Notes under the pieces: generated by a model | Databases searched by the model: none | Seen by the model: only the letters and a program-made list of their open reading frames with translations | What the model was told of the DNA's origin: nothing | Shown: positions 32,639 through 41,679 of the stretch, one piece after another | Numbering within the stretch: the stretch's first letter is position 1 | Layout of the letters: every line of letters starts with the position of its first letter | Position numbers and translations under genes: made by a program | From: Cyanobacteria bacterium J06626_4 | GTDB taxonomy: Bacteria > Cyanobacteriota > Cyanobacteriia > Phormidesmidales > Phormidesmidaceae | Length of the DNA stretch: 64,000 nucleotides | NCBI GenBank assembly: GCA_038523235.1 | Contig: JBCBJQ010000005.1 | Location: forward strand, 70,749-134,748 | Direction of reading: 5' to 3'

Positions 32639-33526
32639 AATCGTAATCCTCAATTGGTTGAAACAGGCATTTGTATTTGCCTGAGTGCATCATGCCAATT
32701 TTGGCCATGTGGAGAGAACGCCCTGCCAGGGTACTCTTAAATAAGGAATAAGCGATCAGCCATAAAGCCTTTGAAAAGGCAGTATTTCAGGGCTTCAATC
32801 AATAATGTAATATCGAGTTTTATAGTCGAGACAACTTACTTTATACAAGGCTCGCTGACCAATTCCGCAAAATAGCTGAGATTGGATTTTTTTCCTAGGT
32901 GTTGGCTCAAGTGTGCTTTTTTACTCGTGAAGGGGCGTATTCCTTTGCCAAAAGTTGTAAACATTTATCAGATTTCGCGTCATTTTGGCTGTGAGCTTTG
33001 CCAGATTCTGCCACTAGCCTAGCTAGATTCTGATTTTCTGAAATTCCGCAAACATTTGAGTGTTTTTGCACTTTTGAGCGATCGCAGCTTGATTGATCGC
33101 AATATCATCGCCGGCTCAGTGATTTTCGATACATGAACTGAGCATTCCCTACTGAAGGATACGATCTGGTTCAACTGGTACCCACAAATCGGTACCGACT
33201 GAAATCATTTTCTAAACGAATTTCGTCACTGTGAAATGAATCCTTTGCGGCGAGATAGGTGAGAGCGCGATTTAAGCGGCTTCAGTAAATCATTTGCTGG
33301 CAAGAACTTCGGGCGATGAGACGGTTATGGATGTCAGGCTGACAAGATGTTGAGGGCATCAGGCTACACAAATAATTGTTGGTTAACTGCGACCAGACTG
33401 CGGACCTATTGACTTGACCTAGCCTGTCGTCAGCGCCAGGCACCAGTCGAAACGAATGCAATGGGCATAACAGTTTGGGCTACCCTGACAAGATAGATTC
33501 AACCTTTACGCTCAAGGGGCTCTACG

Positions 33527-34792
33527 ATGACATCGGCTAAGTCGTCTCGCCACAAGCACATTGTGCTCACGTCGCACCCAGGTCAGTTTGGTACCCAGCC
33601 GCTGCCTATTCAGTGGGGGCATGCTGACCCAGCGGAGCGGGGGCCAGTGGTCGCCACCCTCGGTGATTTATCTCACCGCAATGCCATTGGTACCCATTCG
33701 GGCGGGTACGCCGTTTATCGAGCGTTGGCGATCGCCAGCGGCAGTTTAGAGGCTGGCCACCGGGCTGACCTCACTGACACCGCCCCTACCGTGACGATTG
33801 GGCCGCATCCCAGTTGGTCTGACCCGACCAAAATTGTCTCTCTCGATCCCTTCGGGGCGCTCGATCACGATCAGTTTGCCGAGCTACAGGCTAAGGGCTA
33901 TGACATTCGTCCCTCGATCGCCATTACCAAAGCCCACATCAACATTCCTGAACTGCAGGAGGCGGTCACCAGTGGCCGGATCAAGGTGGACGGCAAGGTG
34001 CTAAAGGAAGGGGGAGAACTGGTGGTCACCAAGGCTGCGATTGAACCGGTCTGGTATCTGCCCGGCATCGCCCAGCGGTTTGGCGTCGATGAAGGCGACC
34101 TGCGCCGCACCTTGTTTGAGCAAACTGGCGGCATGTTTCCCGAACTCGTCACCCGCCCTGACTTAGAAGTCTTTTTGCCGCCGATCGGCGGCCACACGGT
34201 GTACATTTTGGGCGATCTGGCAGCGGTGACCGATCCGGCCCGACCGCTCGCACTCCGCATTCACGATGAGTGCAACGGTTCCGATGTCTTTGGCTCCGAC
34301 ATTTGCACCTGTCGCCCTTATCTGGTGCACGGCGTCGAGGTCGCTTTGAAGACCGCTCAAGCGGGCGGGGCCGGGGTGATCATCTACGCCCGCAAAGAAG
34401 GCCGCGCCCTGGGAGAAGTGACCAAATTTTTGGTGTATAACGCCCGCAAGCGTCAGGCAGGGGGCGATCGCGCCGATACCTACTTCACCCGCACGGAATG
34501 CGTTGCGGGGGTACAAGATATGCGCTTTCAAGAGCTGATGCCCGATGTAATGCACTGGCTAGGCATTACCCGCATCGATCAGTTCGTCTCGATGAGCAAC
34601 CTGAAGTACGATGCGGTGACCCAGTCGGGTATTGAAATCGTTGAGCGCATCACGATTCCGGAAGACCTGATTCCTGCCGATGCGCAGGTGGAAATCAAGG
34701 CGAAAAAAGCTGCTGGGTATTACACCGAGGACGAAGTGCCCGATGACTCAGCCCTGGCGAAAACCATCGGTCGGCAATACGAGGAGGCCTGA
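33527..34792 (+). CDS. GTP cyclohydrolase II-like protein, URC1/Urg1 type
   Basis: N-terminal RNAIGTHSGGY extension plus RIHDECNGSDVFGSDICTCRPYL. Confidence 0.92.
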   Translation: MTSAKSSRHKHIVLTSHPGQFGTQPLPIQWGHADPAERGPVVATLGDLSHRNAIGTHSGGYAVYRALAIASGSLEAGHRADLTDTAPTVTIGPHPSWSDPTKIVSLDPFGALDHDQFAELQAKGYDIRPSIAITKAHINIPELQEAVTSGRIKVDGKVLKEGGELVVTKAAIEPVWYLPGIAQRFGVDEGDLRRTLFEQTGGMFPELVTRPDLEVFLPPIGGHTVYILGDLAAVTDPARPLALRIHDECNGSDVFGSDICTCRPYLVHGVEVALKTAQAGGAGVIIYARKEGRALGEVTKFLVYNARKRQAGGDRADTYFTRTECVAGVQDMRFQELMPDVMHWLGITRIDQFVSMSNLKYDAVTQSGIEIVERITIPEDLIPADAQVEIKAKKAAGYYTEDEVPDDSALAKTIGRQYEEA

Positions 34793-36024
34793 TGACGCCG
34801 GAAGAACAAGCCGCGATCGCGATGCTGCGGCAAACCCAAGCCATTCGCGATCGCTGCCAGCAGCTATTTGACCTCTGTGTAGCCGATCAGCTCGAAAACT
34901 TTGCCTGTGATCTTTCAAAGCTGGATGACGTCGCGGCCTACGTGGTGGAAACGACCCAGCAGCTGTATCCCGAGTTTGACGTGCCGTTTCACAGCCGCTG
35001 GCGACATTTTGATGCGGGCGGCGCGGCGCGTTTAGCAGCACTGGATGCAGCCATACAGGGACTATCCGCCCAGGCAGCGGCGCGATCGCGGTTAGATTTG
35101 GCGATCGTCAGCGTGCTGCTCGACGCCGGGGCCGGGAGCCAGTGGCGATACCATGACGCCGCTGCCGATCAGGTGATTGGCCGTTCGGAAGGGTTGGCCG
35201 TGGCGAGCTTGCGGGGGTTTCAAGCGGGATGCTTTTCCTCTGATGCTGCTGCGCCGTGTCAGGTTGATGCGGTGGGTTTGCAAAACCTGACTGAGGCTGA
35301 TCTGGCGGCGCTCTTTCAAGTCAGCGACGATAATCCCCTGGTTGGCCTTGCGGGACGGCTGCGCCTGCTGCATCAGTTGGGTCAAACGCTGGCCGCTCAG
35401 CCCACCCGGTTTGGCCCGCCCGCTCGCCCCGGCCACCTGTTGGACTATTGGCAAACCACTTTCGGGTCTACTTTGGCCGCTGACACGCTGCTGACGGAAG
35501 TATTGGAGAGCTTTGGGACGATTTGGCCGGGCCGCGTGGCGATCGCCGATGCCAACCTGGGCGACGTTTGGCCCCATCCCGCCTTGCCCCAAACTGGCCC
35601 TGGCAGCAATCTGGTGCCCTTTCATAAGCTGTCGCAGTGGCTCACCTATTCCCTGGTGGAACCGCTGCAGTCTGCGGGGCTGACGGTGCAAAATCTCAAT
35701 GCGCTGACGGGTCTAGCGGAATATCGCAACGGCGGCCTGATGGTCGATTTGGGCTTGCTCGTGCCGAAACATCCTGCCGTCACCGAGGTGTCGCACCGGC
35801 CCAGTTCACCCGTCGTAGTGGAATGGCGGGCACTAACGGTCGTCCTGTTGGATTTATTGGGCGATCGCGTCCGCCAGCAACTCAACCAAACGCCTGAGGA
35901 ACTCCCCCTGATCAAAATTTTGGAGGGGGGCACCTGGGCCGCTGGCCGTCGCATCGCCAAACACCTGCGACCCGATACCGGTGCGCCCCCCATCACAATT
36001 CAAAGCGACGGCACCGTCTTCTAA
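34792..36024 (+). CDS. URC4/Urg3 (DUF1688) family protein
   Basis: PFHSRWRHF, SVLLDAGAG, FHKLSQWLTYSL, GLAEYRNGG, SDGTVF. Confidence 0.92.
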   Translation: MTPEEQAAIAMLRQTQAIRDRCQQLFDLCVADQLENFACDLSKLDDVAAYVVETTQQLYPEFDVPFHSRWRHFDAGGAARLAALDAAIQGLSAQAAARSRLDLAIVSVLLDAGAGSQWRYHDAAADQVIGRSEGLAVASLRGFQAGCFSSDAAAPCQVDAVGLQNLTEADLAALFQVSDDNPLVGLAGRLRLLHQLGQTLAAQPTRFGPPARPGHLLDYWQTTFGSTLAADTLLTEVLESFGTIWPGRVAIADANLGDVWPHPALPQTGPGSNLVPFHKLSQWLTYSLVEPLQSAGLTVQNLNALTGLAEYRNGGLMVDLGLLVPKHPAVTEVSHRPSSPVVVEWRALTVVLLDLLGDRVRQQLNQTPEELPLIKILEGGTWAAGRRIAKHLRPDTGAPPITIQSDGTVF

Positions 36025-36036
36025 CCCATCCCGTAC

Positions 36037-36101
36037 GGGCGAGGCATTCCGTAAATATCATATTGGTGCTTCCGGAATGGTATTCACGGAATGCCTCGCC
36101 C
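36037..36101. repeat. REP-like intergenic palindrome
   Basis: GGGCGAGGCATTCCGTAAATA ... TATTCACGGAATGCCTCGCCC (21 bp, 1 mismatch), preceded by GTAC. Confidence 0.7.
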
Positions 36102-36138
36102 CTCCCAGCATTCCAAACTCCGCATTCACAGGCTTCCT

Positions 36139-36771
36139 ATGCAAAACTCTGTCACGCTGATTGACCATCCGCTGATTCAGCACAAGCTGACCCTGATGCG
36201 CCAAAAAGACACCAGCACCGCTAAGTTTCGCCAACTGCTGGAAGAAATCAGCATGCTGCTGGCCTACGAGGTCACCCGCGACTTGCCCCTCGAAAAGGTC
36301 GCAATCGAAACCCCCATGACCACCATGAATGCCCCCATGCTGTCGGGTAAAAAAGTGGTACTGATCTCCATCATGCGGGCCGGACAAGGCATTTTGGACG
36401 GCATGTTAGAGCTGATGCCCTCGGCGCGAGTGGGCCACATTGGCCTTTACCGCAATCCCAAAACCCATGTGCCAGTGGAGTACTATTTCAAAGTGCCCAC
36501 GGATGTCAATGAGCGAGAAATGCTAGTAGTTGATCCGATGCTCGCCACCGGCAACTCTGCCGTCGCCGCCGTCTATCGCCTCAAAGAAACCCAACCCCAA
36601 TCCATCAAGTTTGTCTGCCTACTCGCCGCCCCCGAAGGCATCGCCCACTTTCACGAAGAACACCCCGACGTGCCCATCTTCACCGCCGCCATTGATGAGC
36701 GGTTGGATGAGCACGGCTACATCTTGCCGGGACTGGGAGATGCGGGCGATCGTATGTTTGGTACTAAGTAA
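36139..36771 (+). CDS. upp: Uracil phosphoribosyltransferase
   Basis: [25 protein letters not shown]; start moved to ATG 36139. Confidence 0.96.
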   Translation: MQNSVTLIDHPLIQHKLTLMRQKDTSTAKFRQLLEEISMLLAYEVTRDLPLEKVAIETPMTTMNAPMLSGKKVVLISIMRAGQGILDGMLELMPSARVGHIGLYRNPKTHVPVEYYFKVPTDVNEREMLVVDPMLATGNSAVAAVYRLKETQPQSIKFVCLLAAPEGIAHFHEEHPDVPIFTAAIDERLDEHGYILPGLGDAGDRMFGTK

Positions 36772-36796
36772 TGCGTCGCTATTGCCAGTAACGACC

Positions 36797-38791
36797 TCAC
36801 CGACTTGGCCTCGCTAACTCCAGGCCCGCAAAATGCTCTAACAGCAGCCGATGCACAAAAATGTAGCCGCCCCCCACCTGCTGCACGAATAGGCACTGCT
36901 CGGCATAGGCAAGGAAGTGAGCATAGTGGCGTGGGGCCTGGCCGTTGATCAATAGGGTAATCCGCAGGGCCAGATGCCCCACTACGGCCAACCCACCTCC
37001 GGCCATAAAGCTCAAGAAGATAGGCATTGGCAGGAGGGCGGCAACCAGACTTTTAACCGATTCAGGGTCGAGGACGCCGCTGACCAGCGGCGGCAGCCCA
37101 AAGTAAATAATCGGCATGAGTAACAGTGAAAAACTGACTGTAACGATTGAATTTTTAACGGAATTGATCATGCCCTGATTGGGGTGATTGCGCTCCTGAA
37201 TCGTTTTACTAAACGCCTCAATCAGACCCAAAATCAGACCCACAATCAGACCCACAATCAGACCCCAAATCAGACCCCAAATCAGATCCCCAATCAGACC
37301 CCAAATCAGATCCCCAATCAGACCCCAAATCAGACCCCAAATCAGACTCAAAATCAGCCTGTTCTGCCAGCGCTCAGACGTTTTAATCAACCAACTTTGG
37401 GGCTGCATGTATTCGATGAGAAATACGGTTTGTCCCTCCTGCACCATTTGTTTAGCCAACCGATGCAGCCACCACTTGGCTCGTGCCTTTGGGTAACGGG
37501 GGTGATTGGTTCGCTGGCTAAACATGCGCCCAATGTAGGCATCAAACAACGCTTGCCGCTGGTTCTTGGCCCCCAGGTTTTGAATGGCTGCTACCGATTG
37601 CCCCTCAAAGGCCAGGGCCATAATGTTCAAAAACAGGGGTGTTTCGGCCAAACATTTGAGGGAGTCAGGGTCAGGACCTTGCAGCTCAGGTTCAAGCTGC
37701 AGCACTGTGCGAATGCCCCTGAGCTGTTCGCCTCCCTGACTGAGATAAGCATCCACTTGCTGAGGGTTCAGGGGTTTAATGTAAACTGCGGCTTGAAACT
37801 GCAAATCGTGCTGTAGCGCTTCAAAATCTCGGATGCGGCAGCACACGACCATTTCAGTGGTGCCGTGGTTGTGGCTGAACTGGTTGATGGCTTCCAGGCA
37901 GTCTGCTCGTCGAGCCTCAGTGACTTCATCCAGTCCATCTAGCAACAGCATCAGTTGCTGTTGGGCAATCCACTCTTGGGCAATATTCTCCGGAATCTGG
38001 TACTTATTTTTGAACTCTTGCACCAGCCAGCCCTTTAGGGTTGGCGTCTGCCTCGGGTCTGTAGGGCGAAACTGACTCCAGGACGATAGGTTGAACACCA
38101 CCGGCAACGGGCTATGGGGATGGGCAGGGTTAGCCTGATATAGCAGATCATCGGCTAGCTCTAGCAGCATCGTCGTTTTGCCTGAGCCGGGGTCGCCCAA
38201 AATGAGCAGGGTAGCCCCTTTCCCCAGCTCTTGCAGTTTGGTGATGAGGTGAGTGCCAGCGAGCAGAGGATGGCGCTGGCTAGCGTAACGGTACTCCATG
38301 CGCCAGGGGTGCATTACCTCTTCTAACCCCAAGGCAATGCGGGCTTGGCTATAGAGAGAGCGGTTCAGCACTCCCTTTATCCAGGCGTTGCGGACCTTAG
38401 CCAACAGAGCATTGCGGTTAGTGATTTCGGCATGGGGCAGGATGGGTTGACCGGTCACCAAGGGCTGGTGAATGACGACAGCATCGGTTTGAATTTGGTA
38501 ATTATCGCGGTTAGCCTGCCCCTGCATTACCTGGCTATCGCTCAGGGAGGAGCCGGTGACGGCCTGATGTTGCGAATCACCACCGATATCACTGTTTTCC
38601 GCCGAGTCGACAAACGCCACCAGGGCCGCCAGTAAGGTCAAACCAATCAGCAAAAACAGTAACCAGCGGTTTTCAGGAGCGACCATCGCCTGCCAACTAC
38701 CGTCAGCGGTGAGCAGATTGGTCACAATGCCAAGGGCCGTGACGACTACCGCTCCGATTAAGCAATACAGAAACAATCGCGTTCGTCGCAT
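36797..38791 (-). CDS. NACHT-domain (STAND) NTPase with N- and C-terminal TM segments
   Basis: Walker A GDPGSGKTT, Walker B LLLDGLDE, TPLFL, QVGGGYIFVHRLLLEHFA. Confidence 0.9.
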   Translation of the reverse strand: MRRTRLFLYCLIGAVVVTALGIVTNLLTADGSWQAMVAPENRWLLFLLIGLTLLAALVAFVDSAENSDIGGDSQHQAVTGSSLSDSQVMQGQANRDNYQIQTDAVVIHQPLVTGQPILPHAEITNRNALLAKVRNAWIKGVLNRSLYSQARIALGLEEVMHPWRMEYRYASQRHPLLAGTHLITKLQELGKGATLLILGDPGSGKTTMLLELADDLLYQANPAHPHSPLPVVFNLSSWSQFRPTDPRQTPTLKGWLVQEFKNKYQIPENIAQEWIAQQQLMLLLDGLDEVTEARRADCLEAINQFSHNHGTTEMVVCCRIRDFEALQHDLQFQAAVYIKPLNPQQVDAYLSQGGEQLRGIRTVLQLEPELQGPDPDSLKCLAETPLFLNIMALAFEGQSVAAIQNLGAKNQRQALFDAYIGRMFSQRTNHPRYPKARAKWWLHRLAKQMVQEGQTVFLIEYMQPQSWLIKTSERWQNRLILSLIWGLIWGLIGDLIWGLIGDLIWGLIWGLIVGLIVGLILGLIEAFSKTIQERNHPNQGMINSVKNSIVTVSFSLLLMPIIYFGLPPLVSGVLDPESVKSLVAALLPMPIFLSFMAGGGLAVVGHLALRITLLINGQAPRHYAHFLAYAEQCLFVQQVGGGYIFVHRLLLEHFAGLELARPSR
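37220..37357. repeat. 12-nt tandem repeat (~11.5 units) encoding (G/D)LI(W/V/G/L)
   Basis: AATCAGACCCCA-type units every 12 nt from 37220 to 37352. Confidence 0.9.
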
Positions 38792-38983
38792 TTAGGTTCT
38801 GGCCATTCAATCCTGCTGGATCTGAGCTGGGTACGCCTTAACCCTCTGGGTGGCTGATACCCATTCCGTAAATTCTACGGCTTCCAGAAAAATTTGCTAC
38901 CTTTCCAGGCCACCGGTGGCAACTCCTAGCCATCCTCAAACTGTCAATGGCATGGGCTTGAGAGTCCTCCCATCGGCAATAAT

Positions 38984-40429
38984 TTAGACACCGCACTGTT
39001 TGCGCTGACGCTGAATTTTGTTTTGCAAGTTCTTTGTCAGACCCATGTCGGCATCTGCCGCGAGGCGATCGAACTCACGACGAAAATGAGCTGCCACGGT
39101 CGGATTGCGAATGACGAGGAGACTTTCATCATTCGTATGGTTGGCGGCAGCGCTCCAGTTGTGGGAGCCGATGATCACCGTGTGATTGTCAATGAGCGCA
39201 AACTTGTGGTGTAGCTTGTCGCCTTCCGGCAGGTTGGGGATGCCCACCTGCGAAATCGGTGCGGCCCAAGGTTTGTTGTGGGCTTCGTACTTGCAGCGAT
39301 GATCGGGAATCGCCGTGCCGAGCATATCCAGCGCCTCGCTGTAGCTGCGGTAGATAAAGTTGCTATCCACCAAGGCCCTGACCTTGACGCCCGCCTGAGA
39401 CTTGGGGGCTAGGCGATCGCCAATGCCCTGATCTGAAAAAACAAATAGCGCTAAGTCAATGCTGCTTGTCGCCTGCGCCAGCGTGGTGCTGATCAGGCCG
39501 TTAACGCTTTGGCTCCAGGGTTTGCTTTCAGAAACGGGCGAGAACTGCACGGTGACCTGAGAGCCCGGAATGCTGACCGTGCGGGGCGATCGCATTGGTT
39601 TTTGCAGACCAAACAGGCTATCTTCCTTGCCTTGGGGGCCGTCGCCCCACATCAAATCAAACTCCTCCATCAAGACCGCTGCCATTTCCGCACTGTCGAT
39701 TTTGAGCAGAGCGTTGGCATTGCCCCGGCTGTCCTTGTGGGCAAAATCGCCGTGGGTACCTGACAAAGTCCAATTGTTAGAGCCCAGCAGCACTGTTTTG
39801 CCATCCACCACCATAAATTTGTGGTGCACCAAGCCGCTACCCTTCGAGCCATCGGCAGTGTCATCTAGCAGCGGTACGTCTCCCTTTTGCAGAATGCGGA
39901 TCGCGTCGCCCTGGTCAAGTTCCTGGGCGGTGAGCTGGCCGTTACCATTGGCGTCGATCAGCTGCTGCCGTTCTGAGTGCCGAGACTGCTGTCGCTCGTC
40001 CAACGCTTCTGATTGGAAGGATTCCAGTGGTCGCCAAACCCGGTTGTACTGATTTTCCACAATGATGCGCACGGCAATGCCTGCTTGAGCCTGATCTCGG
40101 AGGGCGATCGCGATCTTGGGCAAGTTGATTTCCTGCACAGCGACATCGATAGAGGTGTTGGCGGCCGCGATCGCCTCAACAATCGTGGCTTCTAAATCAT
40201 CGCCGTGGCGTTGAATGCGGCGGTAGGGATCGGTGTAGGCAGCCGCTGGTGATTGGTTGAAATAGACCTGAATATAAGGATCTTGCGGCAGCGCCGGTAC
40301 GAGCGAAGGGCCGGCCAGCCCCGGTAAGCCGTAATGTAAGGCCAGCACCAAGAGCAGCGCCCCCAGCAGTAACGCACCGAGCCGACCCGGATGAAAGGAA
40401 AGACGCACAACCTGACCCCAAAATAGCAA
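38984..40429 (-). CDS. Phospholipase D-family nuclease, cyanobacterial ComA-like
   Basis: Two HKD motifs (HHKFMVVD, HHKFALID) and DDTADGSKGSGL; no C-terminal HhH seen. Confidence 0.85.
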   Translation of the reverse strand: MLFWGQVVRLSFHPGRLGALLLGALLLVLALHYGLPGLAGPSLVPALPQDPYIQVYFNQSPAAAYTDPYRRIQRHGDDLEATIVEAIAAANTSIDVAVQEINLPKIAIALRDQAQAGIAVRIIVENQYNRVWRPLESFQSEALDERQQSRHSERQQLIDANGNGQLTAQELDQGDAIRILQKGDVPLLDDTADGSKGSGLVHHKFMVVDGKTVLLGSNNWTLSGTHGDFAHKDSRGNANALLKIDSAEMAAVLMEEFDLMWGDGPQGKEDSLFGLQKPMRSPRTVSIPGSQVTVQFSPVSESKPWSQSVNGLISTTLAQATSSIDLALFVFSDQGIGDRLAPKSQAGVKVRALVDSNFIYRSYSEALDMLGTAIPDHRCKYEAHNKPWAAPISQVGIPNLPEGDKLHHKFALIDNHTVIIGSHNWSAAANHTNDESLLVIRNPTVAAHFRREFDRLAADADMGLTKNLQNKIQRQRKQCGV

Positions 40430-40593
40430 CTGCGTTTAGTGCGCCCAAGCTGACTTTCCGGGTAACCCCGCAAGATTGCGGAAATTCATAATGTCTGGAT
40501 ATATTGAAAATTTCAGTATATTTGACGAGTTTTATCAGTATGTCGCGCTGAATACGAGTCAATTCAGATACATGTATGCTGCATTTGCCACTG

Positions 40594-40823
40594 ATGTAAA
40601 CTCAACCTCGAAAACTGTTGGATCAAGTCCGCGATCAAATCCGGTTAAAGCACTGCTCCCATTGCACTGAGCAAACCTACGTTTACTGGATTCGTGGCTA
40701 CGTTCTGTTTCATTGAAAACGCCATCTTGCAGAAATGGGGGGCAGAGTTAGAGGTATTTCTGACCCATTAGAGCGGTTGTGGATAAAGTTTTAGCTTTGA
40801 CTCAAAATTAAGCACTCAATGCA
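40594..40823 (+). pseudogene. intI: Integron integrase N-terminal (SAM-like) fragment, copy A
   Basis: Manual translation: M*TQPRKLLDQVRDQIRLKHCSHCTEQTYVYWIRGYVLFH*KRHLAEMGG / ELEVFLTH / AVVDKVLALTQN*ALNA. This is the IntI N-terminal pattern with stops and frameshifts. Confidence 0.88.
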
Positions 40824-41626
40824 AGCGCCGGAACCGACAGACGGAACCGATGCATCAGACGGGAGCTGTCGGCAGGCATCGCGCTACGCCCGTGCAAGAC
40901 GCGCTGATTATCCATGATTAAGACCTCGCCAGCCTCCAGCGCCAAGCGCACAGATCGCTTAGACAGTGCTAAGTAGCGCTCCAATTCATTGAGGGCTTCC
41001 TGCAGTTGGTCCGACAACGTACACTGCTCGCCCAACGCGGAATTGATCTGGTTCCGGTAGTAGCGAATCCGCACATCGTCTCCCTCACCCTGAAGAATCG
41101 GGTACCGTTTCTCACCGACGAAAGGAAAGACGGGTTGACGCAAGAGACTGACCAAGTCTTCAGGCAGTCCGTGAACAAGATCTGCCGCCGACAAGATTAC
41201 GCTCTCACCGCCGCCTTGGGGGTCTGGCTGTTCCATGGCAAACGCCACCAAGTTGGGTGGGATGGCCTTGTTGCTGCAGTCGGTATGCAAAGGTAAGGCA
41301 TCCGGGGTGCGGCTGTAGCGTGTCACCTTGCCTTGGCGAGCTGACTGTTGCGCGTCAACCCGGATCTCGGTCTTCGAAATGCGTGGCAATTTACCGACTG
41401 TCGTCGCGTCACGCTGGCCCATGGCTGTCAAAACGTTGACGACTCTGTCGAGGTCAATCGGATTCTGTTCTGTGACCAAAACCAGCCAGTGTGGCGCTGC
41501 CCTCAGCCGAGCAATTAGCTCGGCGGCAATTTGGTCAGTCGATTCGATCGCGAGTTGCCCATTTGGCGCCATCAACTGGGCGAGAGGCAATTTAGTAATC
41601 GTCTGGGTGGAATATGTGCCAAGCAT
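40808..41626 (-). CDS. TauD/TfdA-family Fe(II)/2-oxoglutarate dioxygenase (cassette gene)
   Basis: LHTDCS (HxD), GGES, DNQRVLHGR. Confidence 0.88.
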   Translation of the reverse strand: MLGTYSTQTITKLPLAQLMAPNGQLAIESTDQIAAELIARLRAAPHWLVLVTEQNPIDLDRVVNVLTAMGQRDATTVGKLPRISKTEIRVDAQQSARQGKVTRYSRTPDALPLHTDCSNKAIPPNLVAFAMEQPDPQGGGESVILSAADLVHGLPEDLVSLLRQPVFPFVGEKRYPILQGEGDDVRIRYYRNQINSALGEQCTLSDQLQEALNELERYLALSKRSVRLALEAGEVLIMDNQRVLHGRSAMPADSSRLMHRFRLSVPALALSA

Positions 41627-41679
41627 ATGACGTCAAAAAATCAGGAGAATCACTGTCATGAGGGGAGTGCTGACGAAGT

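Noticed and set aside
33527..34792. Calling the gene ribA (riboflavin synthesis)
   Set aside because: The N-terminal extension and linkage to URC4 and upp indicate the URC1 subfamily.
37184..37816. Plus-strand ORF with NQTP repeats; the repeat tract as a possible CRISPR
   Set aside because: It is antisense to the NACHT gene. The 12-nt units are contiguous with no spacers, and no cas genes are nearby.
40476..40670. 64-aa plus-strand ORF
   Set aside because: It overlaps the intI pseudogene and its promoter region in a different frame.
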